From positions 62,001 to 126,000 of the IMG/VR virus record IMGVR_UViG_3300027708_000012: a DNA stretch of 64,000 bases, one strand, 5' to 3'. The first letter of the stretch is position 1, and each line of letters begins with the position of its first letter. The translations under genes were made by a program, and so were the position numbers. Below, piece after piece: positions 35,801-43,064 of this stretch. Below the pieces are notes generated by a model, which saw only the letters and a program-made list of their open reading frames with translations, ran no database searches and was not told the DNA's origin.

Positions 35801-36541
35801 CATGGCTAACTGTGCTAAAGGTTTTTTCTCTTCAGCTTTAATGCTGTCCATGATAGCTTGACGACTTTGGCCAGTAATTTTTGCCGTTTCATCTAAACTC
35901 ATTGCTAAATCAATAGCACTCTTGGCGATAGCAGCTTGTCCAGCTTTATCATTAGCATTTCTTTTGGCATCATTCATTGTAGCCATTGCTGTGATTTCAG
36001 CTTGCTCTTGCGCACTGATACCCATCTTGTTCAACTGATCACCAGTTTCTACAATTTGTTTCTGAACTTTACTAAAATTTAACGCACTTTGCTGTGCTGT
36101 GATACCTAATCCGCCAATACTTCCATCAGCTCGTTTGATTACTTCAGAGAATTGTTGCGTAGTTAGTCCTGCATCTCCTGCCATTCTAACAAACAATCCA
36201 ATATTATTGCCGCCAATGCCTAACTCGGCACTAGCTTTATCCATATTAGTTTTTTGTTGTAATAACGCACCGCCAAATAAATCTAAACCTTTACCCAGTG
36301 CATTCAATCCAACAGCTTGAGCACCTTTAGATAACGCTGCTAATCCAGCTGTGGCTGCATCAGTTCCGCTGTTTAATCTATTAAATCCAAAATATAAACT
36401 GGCCGCGCCATCGGATAGATCTTTTAAACCTTTGTTTGCGCCAGCAGCATTTAGACCAGCTTGTTGCGGTTGAGCTGCACTATTGCCCGAGCCTTGTGCT
36501 AACAGTTTTTGTGCGGTTTCTTCAGATAATGGTGTTGCCAT
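32858..36541 (-). CDS. Tape-measure-like / baseplate hub protein (gp29-like)
   Basis: 1227 aa, Ala/Gln/Lys-rich and helical-looking, with RAGGT...E...VKIHKGETVL, a motif common in tape measures. Adjacent to the gp26/gp51-like chaperones. Confidence 0.65.
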   Translation of the reverse strand: MATPLSEETAQKLLAQGSGNSAAQPQQAGLNAAGANKGLKDLSDGAASLYFGFNRLNSGTDAATAGLAALSKGAQAVGLNALGKGLDLFGGALLQQKTNMDKASAELGIGGNNIGLFVRMAGDAGLTTQQFSEVIKRADGSIGGLGITAQQSALNFSKVQKQIVETGDQLNKMGISAQEQAEITAMATMNDAKRNANDKAGQAAIAKSAIDLAMSLDETAKITGQSRQAIMDSIKAEEKKPLAQLAMMQMDEKQRENYEKVQQQVQKLGPGFMSLTTEIATGGVQTKEGLAMLQAMGPEAANKYQAATELMLNAKTDEQKKVAQAQMDEAQAAVQRRMADEEFKRLVKSGTAEQQQAAANLVMGNKAMMSVQSEANKNGGDYVKAIKDQREAVQATQAGLKVDENGKAKATPEADEGQKVAQDLNAMNKAAAIAAGGLSHNFEDVNKKLATTPAYIDAMNAAMKKVSGGATTMEQAEKAPSKIAKGLNEIVSGGKEGPTKTTGGASSLPKDYEPTKKRAGGTLAETGSAVEPEDAIVKIHKGETVLNPDATKAMGKQLSAGSKAPGGVNFSEISKSVSTSISSMSGGGSTETKQVQNDSSKAAEKELAAVREQMQAERAALREKLKAQMGDGSKLGGSKVSYEMRTGDEGKAIGDKYKAIMEPLQKQIEAGISWETTKKASAIEETKKVVEEQTKISFSGNAKQLEAFKSKTKDEDNFFGDTKKKTSAELADQAAKKDEIFKAAELARSVVGYNVKGLSDDAIAAILPISASMDDFYIDMNDNIQSFSNDSANNLKKITDNEQASSTIKISASEAARKVSEDMGLKSIESATVAGKAQEQYHSQFTESQQKIIDDYKGYSEENRSFHAKAMEKGAKEDAETAQMIGERIIKMKAEIGDRQATTEELAAIENETLNKAMFEKQAASKREMQDVMENLNEYSATREKELKQQAANEQVSMQEETVAKISEVTKTAQADALENANTTVKINGKIVDPNSPEAKAVIAQAESAKSQMNKMLGGMIPKSADIAGKVGDLTKGKKSGDVGYVTEQANKLTGSFGDIIGGKGGMLGDMFNPKIVNKVSDEEFAKLTAKNKTEGAPKPAATASAPKTTEAAAKKEETKTTGAPKPAATASAPKTTEAAAKKEETKTTGKPGESEQAKAAATKEAPKEAPKEAPKAKTAEATLKDLNDQLIMLNRHMVELINHSATTADASSKTAKTAAKSTGRAF
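33017..33257. repeat. In-frame tandem repeats: 2 x 81 bp (33092-33257) and 3 x 12 bp (33017-33053)
   Basis: They encode GAPKPAATASAPKTTEAAAKKEETKTT twice and KEAP three times; the DNA copies are near-identical. Confidence 0.9.
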
Positions 36542-36565
36542 AATTTTTTCCAGGAAATGTGCGTA

Positions 36566-36591
36566 TATAAATACTACATAAGATATTTATC
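36566..36591. promoter_or_regulatory. Face-to-face pair of late promoters serving divergent genes
   Basis: TATAAATA on + (36566-36573) for gp26 and GATAAATA on - (36584-36591) for the tape-measure-like gene. Confidence 0.7.
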
Positions 36592-36602
36592 TGGAGATAA
36601 AC

Positions 36603-37424
36603 ATGGTACAGAACCCTTTACAGCAATTTTTTAGACAACCTAAAATTTACATCAAATTACCAAGTCAGGGTGTGTACTGTCAGCCCGGAACTATACAAGG
36701 AGACGTGGGTAACATGCCTGTGTATAGTTTAACAGGCATGGATGAAATTATTTTAAAAACTCCTGATGCTTTGCTATCCGGCGAAAGTTCAGTTAAAGTT
36801 ATAGAAAGCTGTGTTCCAGGAATTAAAAACGGCTGGGACATGAGCATTTTAGACAGTCAGGTTATATTTGCTGCCATGCGCATTGCTACATTTGGTAATG
36901 AAATGGCTGTTACTAACACTTGTAGCAGTTGCAAAACTGAAAACGATTATGATTTAGATCTAAGTAAAATTATTGAACATTTTAGTTCAGTGGTCTACGA
37001 CAGCAAAATAGTTTTAAAAGAATTAATTATAAAATTACAACCATTAAACTATCGTCAAAGCACAGAGTTTAATTTGAAGAATTTTAGACTACAACAAAAG
37101 ATTCGACAAACAGAAACAATAGAAGATCAAGCTGAGCAACAGCAACTGATCAATAAACTGTTTGAAGAACTAAGTGTAATTCAAAATGAATTGTACAAAG
37201 CATGTGTTGAATCTGTAGAAGTCAATAATAAAGTTGTTACCGAACGTTCGTTTATTAACGAATGGCTAGACAACTGCGATAAAGAAGTATACGACAGTAT
37301 CAAGAAACATATTGAAGATAGCAGAGACAAATGGAAAGCACCTACATATCCTGTTAAATGTGACACTTGCGGTACTGAAGCTAAACTTTTTGTGGAATTA
37401 GATCAAAGTAATTTTTTCGACTAA
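36603..37424 (+). CDS. gp26: Baseplate hub assembly protein (gp26-like)
   Basis: NPLQQFFRQPKIYIKLPSQG, DEIILKTPDALL.G, AMRIATFG, two CxxC pairs, ends in NFFD. GGAG SD. Confidence 0.8.
   Translation: MVQNPLQQFFRQPKIYIKLPSQGVYCQPGTIQGDVGNMPVYSLTGMDEIILKTPDALLSGESSVKVIESCVPGIKNGWDMSILDSQVIFAAMRIATFGNEMAVTNTCSSCKTENDYDLDLSKIIEHFSSVVYDSKIVLKELIIKLQPLNYRQSTEFNLKNFRLQQKIRQTETIEDQAEQQQLINKLFEELSVIQNELYKACVESVEVNNKVVTERSFINEWLDNCDKEVYDSIKKHIEDSRDKWKAPTYPVKCDTCGTEAKLFVELDQSNFFD
37412..37418 (+). other. Candidate -1 programmed ribosomal frameshift site (T TTT TTC)
   Basis: X XXY YYZ heptamer in the gp26 frame. The -1 frame opens exactly at 37412 and continues into the gp51-like ORF. Confidence 0.6.
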
Positions 37425-37651
37425 GCCTAATCGGACTTAGTGGTCAAGAAATCCACGAAAGTTTGGTTAGGCTTGAAAAAGAAACAAAGATTTTTAAAGA
37501 AGATTTGTTTAGAATCTCGTGGTACATGCGTGGCGGAGTTACTGTAAACGATCTAATGGAGCGATACGGTTTCGAAGATCGTCAGATCATGTACGAGATT
37601 ATTAAAGAAAACATCGAAGCAACTAAAGCTAGCCAAATGCCTTTGCTTTAA
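37412..37651 (+). CDS. gp51-like baseplate hub assembly chaperone domain (probably expressed as a gp26 frameshift extension)
   Basis: LFRISWYMRGGVT..DLM...EDR.IM.EIIKEN resembles short gp51-like proteins. The only start upstream of this core is a TTG at 37463 without an SD. Confidence 0.6.
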   Translation, partial: FFRLSLIGLSGQEIHESLVRLEKETKIFKEDLFRISWYMRGGVTVNDLMERYGFEDRQIMYEIIKENIEATKASQMPLL

Positions 37652-38853
37652 TCTGGCTTCCATCCTGGCGGTTTCAATGCTCGCTTGACAGGATTAGTAG
37701 GATCTTGTATCATATTTTGATTATCGGGATCCACTACCCAGCCAGTTATATCCTGATTGTTACTGTGCCAGTTGTCATTGTAGTACATCTTACGGCCAGC
37801 AGCTGTTTTTCCAGTAGTTGGGTTAACAGGATTAGCTGATGTCCCAGGATCACTAGATGCTGCTATATCTTTTTGAGGATCAGTCTCACCGGTTGTTCCA
37901 GTTGGTGCTGCGGCTTTGTTGTATTCGCTATTAGGATTGTCAGCATTAGGAATTGAAGGACGTATTGCCTTTGGTACGTATTGTAATCCGTTATTAATAG
38001 TTTCGCCGATTGTTTGAGCCAGTTCAGGAATGTTATCTGCTATTAATGCCGCAATATAGTTTGCATTATCTTTGTTGTTAATCCAAGATTTAATAGCAAC
38101 GGCACCGCCTAACAATACTGTATTAAATCCAGGAATGTGTTTTGTTATTGTTCTTAAAAATGGGCCACCTGTTAGTGCATAAAAAGCTGTTGTGCCAGCA
38201 AGTACTGTTGCCCAACGAGCCAACATAATAGTGGCTTCTTGATTCAATACTGCATTGTATTCGTCTTCAGTCCATGCACCTGTATCTAGTTTAGTTTTTT
38301 TGTAACCATCCATCTTGCTTACAAAATCTAAATAAGGCTGTATCAATTCCTTAATATTCCAACCCCACAATGCAGCCTTTACAGATTTAGTAATTACGCC
38401 CCAAGCTGAAATCTTTTCCAAACCAAGACCTAAGCTACCAATTTTCATTTGAGCAGTAGCTGTTGCTTTTTTAATAACAGCCGCATCTAATTGTTCTGCT
38501 TCCATGCCCAGACTATCAATAGCTTGTGCTCTAAGAGTTGTTTGATTAGGAACTGCTTTGCCAGCTTCTTTATACTCTCTTTCCAAATTCATCATTTCTC
38601 TACTGACTTTGGCATTATTTCTACGCAAATACTCAGTAGCAGCATCTGCGGCTTTCATGTTTTTGTTTTGGGCAAGTACAGCTATTTCATCAGCAATTTT
38701 ATCTTCTAAAGCACCTGCAGCACCCCTAAGAGTCTTGATAGGACTTGAAATAAATTGTTTTCCTTTAGCCAAGGTACTGCCTAATTTCTCAATTCCTTGA
38801 GATATTGCACCTTCATGAACTTTCTTTTCAACAATTATTTCGTAGACTTTCAT
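37648..38853 (-). CDS. Hypothetical late protein, possibly an internal head or ejected protein
   Basis: 401 aa with its own late promoter GATAAATA (38873-38880), an N-terminal MKVYEIIVE...E, and hydrophobic segments. Confidence 0.55.
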   Translation of the reverse strand: MKVYEIIVEKKVHEGAISQGIEKLGSTLAKGKQFISSPIKTLRGAAGALEDKIADEIAVLAQNKNMKAADAATEYLRRNNAKVSREMMNLEREYKEAGKAVPNQTTLRAQAIDSLGMEAEQLDAAVIKKATATAQMKIGSLGLGLEKISAWGVITKSVKAALWGWNIKELIQPYLDFVSKMDGYKKTKLDTGAWTEDEYNAVLNQEATIMLARWATVLAGTTAFYALTGGPFLRTITKHIPGFNTVLLGGAVAIKSWINNKDNANYIAALIADNIPELAQTIGETINNGLQYVPKAIRPSIPNADNPNSEYNKAAAPTGTTGETDPQKDIAASSDPGTSANPVNPTTGKTAAGRKMYYNDNWHSNNQDITGWVVDPDNQNMIQDPTNPVKRALKPPGWKPD

Positions 38854-38884
38854 TACTTTAATCCCTATAAGATATTTATCATAC

Positions 38885-39327
38885 TGTAAAGATGAACTAC
38901 GTTCATCTGTTCTTCGCTTTCGCTCGAACTTTTTGTTTCTTTTTTAATTATTATCAAGTGCGAAGCACTGTTAATATTATCTAGATTGTTCAGTCACACT
39001 TTGCCCAGGCAGGGCAAAGAATAAAATAACATTATCTGAGTTGCACAATGTCACACTAGCGTTACTGCATTACTGTGGCGGTTGTCCGGTACCACGAGCA
39101 GAGTCTTTATCACAACGGCGGCTTACAAATATACGCTAACATATTTGTAAACGTGGGTTTTTCACCCTCCTTTTGCCTTTTTTACTATTTTTAAACAACC
39201 AAACAGCGGCATTTTGCTATCATCGTCCTGTTAAGGATAGTGGTTGAGTACTCACAACGGCGAGAGATTTCCGTCCCTGCGACCCGAGGTCCAGGTATAG
39301 AGCGCACGAAATTAGCCTGCGCCAGCT
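38885..39327. ncRNA. Large structured non-coding element (ncRNA or hairpin-rich DNA origin-like locus)
   Basis: Longest intergenic region in the window, with no ORF of 60 aa or more, at least 7 hairpins and two pairs of internal direct repeats. Confidence 0.45.
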
Positions 39328-39765
39328 TTAACCGTTTAATTGTTTGCCTTTAATGTGGGAACCGTGTACCCGAACCTGTATGTGCCCGTTATAATAGTCG
39401 TCAGATTCTAAAACTCTACGACTAAATTGCTCTCTTGCCTCTATGTAACTGCATTCTGATTTGGATTTACAGTAATAAAGTATTTCTCTACGGAAGTTTT
39501 CGGTACCTAACTGCGTAACATCTTTGCTAAGTTCAGGGCTAGAACCATAATATTCTTGCCAGTCGCTATCAATTTTGCTACGGATTTTCTTTTTTTTCTT
39601 TGTGCCGTTCTTTAACTTTAAAGTTTTGTAGGTCGTTTTACTAAATTTTGCTAATTTTTTGCCTATGTACATACGCCCGGTAATTGTATTTGTTATATTA
39701 TAAACAAACCCAACACAATCTTCGGGCAATTCTGTGATTAATTGATTTTCGTAGTACCAAGACAT
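39328..39765 (-). CDS. GIY-YIG endonuclease (stand-alone catalytic domain, DenA/Seg-like)
   Basis: GFVYNITN...GRMYIGKK, YYGSS, F.REIL, E, and YYN motifs; 145 aa. Confidence 0.85.
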   Translation of the reverse strand: MSWYYENQLITELPEDCVGFVYNITNTITGRMYIGKKLAKFSKTTYKTLKLKNGTKKKKKIRSKIDSDWQEYYGSSPELSKDVTQLGTENFRREILYYCKSKSECSYIEAREQFSRRVLESDDYYNGHIQVRVHGSHIKGKQLNG

Positions 39766-39768
39766 ACA

Positions 39769-40047
39769 CTAGTTAGTGTTATCTGGATCCTCCGACTGTG
39801 CCTTTTGATTTTCTTTCTTTGCTGCCTTGTCTTTGTCCAGCCACATTCTATATTGTTGAACATGCCCTCTACGTTCTTTTGCTATAATTCTAATCTGTGC
39901 CAACCAGTAGCGCATGTTTTCGCCTGCTCGTCTTGAGCCTCTTGATTGCCAATTTTGATTTGCCTTGAAATATTCTCTAAAAGCCAGCATGAGTCTTTCA
40001 TGAGATTCCTCATTTTGTTCTGGACTCGGCTCTACATGCTTAGACAT
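39769..40047 (-). CDS. Small basic protein, Hc1/histone-H1-like
   Basis: F..YFKAN.NW..RG.RRAG..MR..LA.I...AKERR..VQ resembles the Hc1-like family. Confidence 0.5.
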   Translation of the reverse strand: MSKHVEPSPEQNEESHERLMLAFREYFKANQNWQSRGSRRAGENMRYWLAQIRIIAKERRGHVQQYRMWLDKDKAAKKENQKAQSEDPDNTN

Positions 40048-40276
40048 TTGGACCTTTTATCTTCTCCAACAGTTGATAATGTTCATATTTTTTAACATAT
40101 TCTGATTCTTGGTCATAAGTTGCACACTGATTTAAGGCCTGTTCACACGCCCATTTTAACAAATACAAGTCTTTTTTACAATCCCATTGACTATTTGTAT
40201 TGCGTCTAGGACTGTTTACTTCAGTTTTTATACGTTTTATAAGCTCAATGGCTTGACCAGTGGACCATTCCTTCAC
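40040..40276 (-). CDS. Hypothetical protein
   Basis: 78 aa; overlaps both neighbours (GTGA at the gp46 stop), suggesting translational coupling. Confidence 0.55.
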   Translation of the reverse strand: MKEWSTGQAIELIKRIKTEVNSPRRNTNSQWDCKKDLYLLKWACEQALNQCATYDQESEYVKKYEHYQLLEKIKGPNV

Positions 40277-42054
40277 TCATTGACCTCTAAATCATTTGCA
40301 TAACTGGTGTAACCGTTTTCTTTAATAACTTTTAGCACATTGTTTACACGACCAATTAGTTCATCCTTGTGACTGATTAAGAAAATATTCTTTTTACGTT
40401 CACGCGACATCTTTTTAAGTACAGCTAATGCGCCTTCAACGCCTGATGCATCAAGTCCGTTGTCAATAAGCTCATCGACAAACAGTAAATTAATCTGCTG
40501 ATACAAACTTTCCCATACATCTCTAAACGACCAAGACAGGCCTAGAATCAAACGATTACGTTCGCCACGCGACAAGTTGTCAAAGTCTAAGTCTTGCCCA
40601 AGCTGTGTAATTTCCACAGTTAAATCGTTTTTAAATACAACAGTATGCGGTAAGCCCATCTTGTCTAGATAGTAAGTAAGACGATTGTTTAAGTAGGCTA
40701 GATTTTGATCTATAATCTTCTTGCGAATAAAGCTGTCTTTACTTGTAAGTAGTTTAAGCAAGAACTCTTGATGTTCTTTTAATGTATTAAGTGTGTTTAC
40801 ATTATCCCAAGATATTTCTTGCATAGCGGTATTGGTCAATTCATCAATTTGATCTTGATAAGGATCGCTTTCGCCAGCTTTAATTTGTAATTGTGTTTCA
40901 AGTGTCTTGAGATTGTTCTGATGTTTAAGTGCTTGCTCTATTGTATCGTAATAAGTTTCTGGGCGACTAGCAACTTCGCCTGTACCGGCAATCTCAGTTG
41001 TAATTTTAGTAAGATCCTTACCGACTTTATCAAAATACATGACAGCTTCATCAGCATTAGCCTGTGCTTGCTTGCTCATTTCTTCATGCTTATGGTCATG
41101 TAGTTCTTGTTCACAAGCGTGACACTTTTTATCCTGCAACTTAGCAAGCTCGTCAGCGTATTTTTTTACGCTTCGCTCCGCTTGCGCTATCGCGCTTTCG
41201 AGTGTTGCCCTCTCTTTGTTTAGACTCTTTAATTTTCTGTTTCGTTCTTCGTAATCTTTTAACTCGGCATGTTTAATTAATTCGCTATCAATGTCTACAT
41301 TCTCAAGTTCGACAATAGCACGGCCTATTTTTTCTAGTTCTTGTGTATGCTGATTATTCCAAGCACTTTGTCTAGTTAAAATACCATCAATACTTTTTTG
41401 AATATTTTCATTAGATCGTTTAATTGCTTCTATATTTGCAGATTCTTGTATGATTGTATCTTTAGTCTGACGAATTTGTTCTTTAAGAGCTTCTGCTTTT
41501 TCACTCAGTAGAGTAATGCCAAGTAATTGTTCAATAATAACTCGTTGATCATTAGCCCGCATACTAAGAAACGGTTCTGTATAAGTGTTTAATGCCACAA
41601 TATGTTTAAACATATCGTGACTCATACCTAGCAAATCATCTAGATCTTTTTGCGTTTCACGCATGTCGCCTTGTGCGTCATCTGTTTCTTCTGTTTCTTG
41701 TGCTAGATTATTAACAAAGAATTGCAATACATTTGGCTTGCGTCCTCGCTCAATACGATAATCAATGCCGTCTTTTTCAAATGCTAGTGTAACTAACATG
41801 TTCTTATTGTTAATCTTATTAATAAGATTATCTTTTTTAATGTTAGTTAACGCATTACCAAACAATGCATAGCTAAGGGCATTTACAATAGTTGTTTTGC
41901 CCGTTCCATTGCGCGAACCGCTGTCATCTCCGCCTTGATCTAGATTTTCACCTAGGACAAGAGTTAAATTTTCTTGTGCAAAATTTACAGCCTGGGTTTG
42001 ATTGCCCACGCTCATAAAATTTTTAACTGTTAATTCTTTAATTTTAATTGTCAT
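40273..42054 (-). CDS. gp46: Recombination endonuclease ATPase subunit (gp46; Rad50/SbcC-like)
   Basis: Walker A GTGKTT, zinc hook CHAC, signature LSRGE, Walker B LLFVDE, ISH. Confidence 0.93.
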   Translation of the reverse strand: MTIKIKELTVKNFMSVGNQTQAVNFAQENLTLVLGENLDQGGDDSGSRNGTGKTTIVNALSYALFGNALTNIKKDNLINKINNKNMLVTLAFEKDGIDYRIERGRKPNVLQFFVNNLAQETEETDDAQGDMRETQKDLDDLLGMSHDMFKHIVALNTYTEPFLSMRANDQRVIIEQLLGITLLSEKAEALKEQIRQTKDTIIQESANIEAIKRSNENIQKSIDGILTRQSAWNNQHTQELEKIGRAIVELENVDIDSELIKHAELKDYEERNRKLKSLNKERATLESAIAQAERSVKKYADELAKLQDKKCHACEQELHDHKHEEMSKQAQANADEAVMYFDKVGKDLTKITTEIAGTGEVASRPETYYDTIEQALKHQNNLKTLETQLQIKAGESDPYQDQIDELTNTAMQEISWDNVNTLNTLKEHQEFLLKLLTSKDSFIRKKIIDQNLAYLNNRLTYYLDKMGLPHTVVFKNDLTVEITQLGQDLDFDNLSRGERNRLILGLSWSFRDVWESLYQQINLLFVDELIDNGLDASGVEGALAVLKKMSRERKKNIFLISHKDELIGRVNNVLKVIKENGYTSYANDLEVNE

Positions 42055-43064
42055 AGGCTATTATAAATGGCTAATAATGTATTTTTATCAAATTGATCTG
42101 AATCAATACTTATAATTTGGTTGCTAACAATTTGATCTACACTTTCAAATGCTTGTATATCAATGTTTGTATTGATTTCTGTTTCTTTCTTTTCTGCAAT
42201 AAGTGTAAGTTCGCGGATGTCGTAATCAGCCATGAACTTTTCTTTAATAAAACTTGCTTCTTCGTAAGTAATATCAATGTCTAGTGTAACACGTAGATGT
42301 TGCTTGGGTTTAATAACTGTGTCTGCTTCATCGATCAGCTGACTTAGTTTAATAGTTCTAAATGTAGGTTGAGCTGGCCAGCTGTGATATTCAGGTTGCC
42401 CGCCCCATTCTAAAATCATCATGCCACGTTCATCGTCCCATGCATCCGCATAGTTGTGGGGAAAGGCATTGCCAATATAAACCATGTTCTTTTGTTGCTG
42501 ACGTTTGTGAAAGTGTCCACTAAATCCTAATTCATAGTTTTTAAAACTGCTAAGTTGAATTTCTCCGTGATCTGGCATTTGAATCATTGCATTCATAAAG
42601 AAACTGGGTAATTCAAAGTGACCAAAGATATACTTGCCACCTTTTTTGCCTACAGCTTTCCATTCTTCTCCAACCAACCACGGACAAAGGGTAACATCTC
42701 CAATAGTAGTAGGCTCGTGTACGACAGTGACGCCAGGAATATATTTTCCAAACTCCACAGAGTGTATGTCCCGTTTGTCCTTATAATACAAATCATGATT
42801 ACCAGGAAAGAAAAAGAACTGATCAAACGCCTGCCCCAACTTTTCCAGGGCCCTAAGGCTATAATCCATTGTAGTAATGTTAAGGCTATTGCGGTTATGA
42901 TGCCAATCGCCCATAAAGATACCTGTATCACAACCTTCCTCCTTTGCTTTAGCAATATACCAATCTACAAAATCTTCACAGTCTTGGTTATGTGTGTTAC
43001 TATTAGACTTTAATCCAAAGTGTATATCTGTAAAACAAGCAACTTTTTTAAATAAATTTGTCAT
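42051..43064 (-). CDS. gp47: Recombination endonuclease nuclease subunit (gp47; Mre11/SbcD-like)
   Basis: Metallophosphoesterase motifs DIHFG, GDWHH, GNHD, GHFE, SGHFH. Confidence 0.93.
   Translation of the reverse strand: MTNLFKKVACFTDIHFGLKSNSNTHNQDCEDFVDWYIAKAKEEGCDTGIFMGDWHHNRNSLNITTMDYSLRALEKLGQAFDQFFFFPGNHDLYYKDKRDIHSVEFGKYIPGVTVVHEPTTIGDVTLCPWLVGEEWKAVGKKGGKYIFGHFELPSFFMNAMIQMPDHGEIQLSSFKNYELGFSGHFHKRQQQKNMVYIGNAFPHNYADAWDDERGMMILEWGGQPEYHSWPAQPTFRTIKLSQLIDEADTVIKPKQHLRVTLDIDITYEEASFIKEKFMADYDIRELTLIAEKKETEINTNIDIQAFESVDQIVSNQIISIDSDQFDKNTLLAIYNSL

Noticed and set aside
6578-36320. Numerous short + strand ORFs antisense to the fibre, head and tape-measure genes
   Set aside because: They are fully nested antisense to long, motif-supported genes, with Val/Pro/Ala- or Ser-rich translations typical of reverse-frame artefacts.
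38972-39262. CRISPR or TIGR-like array
   Set aside because: Only two copies of each short repeat, with irregular spacing and no cas or tas genes.
38885-39765. Group I intron carrying a GIY-YIG homing endonuclease, or RNase P/tmRNA/tRNA
   Set aside because: I found no recognisable P7/R-S core, no split host gene on either side, and no RNase P, tmRNA or cloverleaf consensus by eye. A covariance-model search could overturn this.
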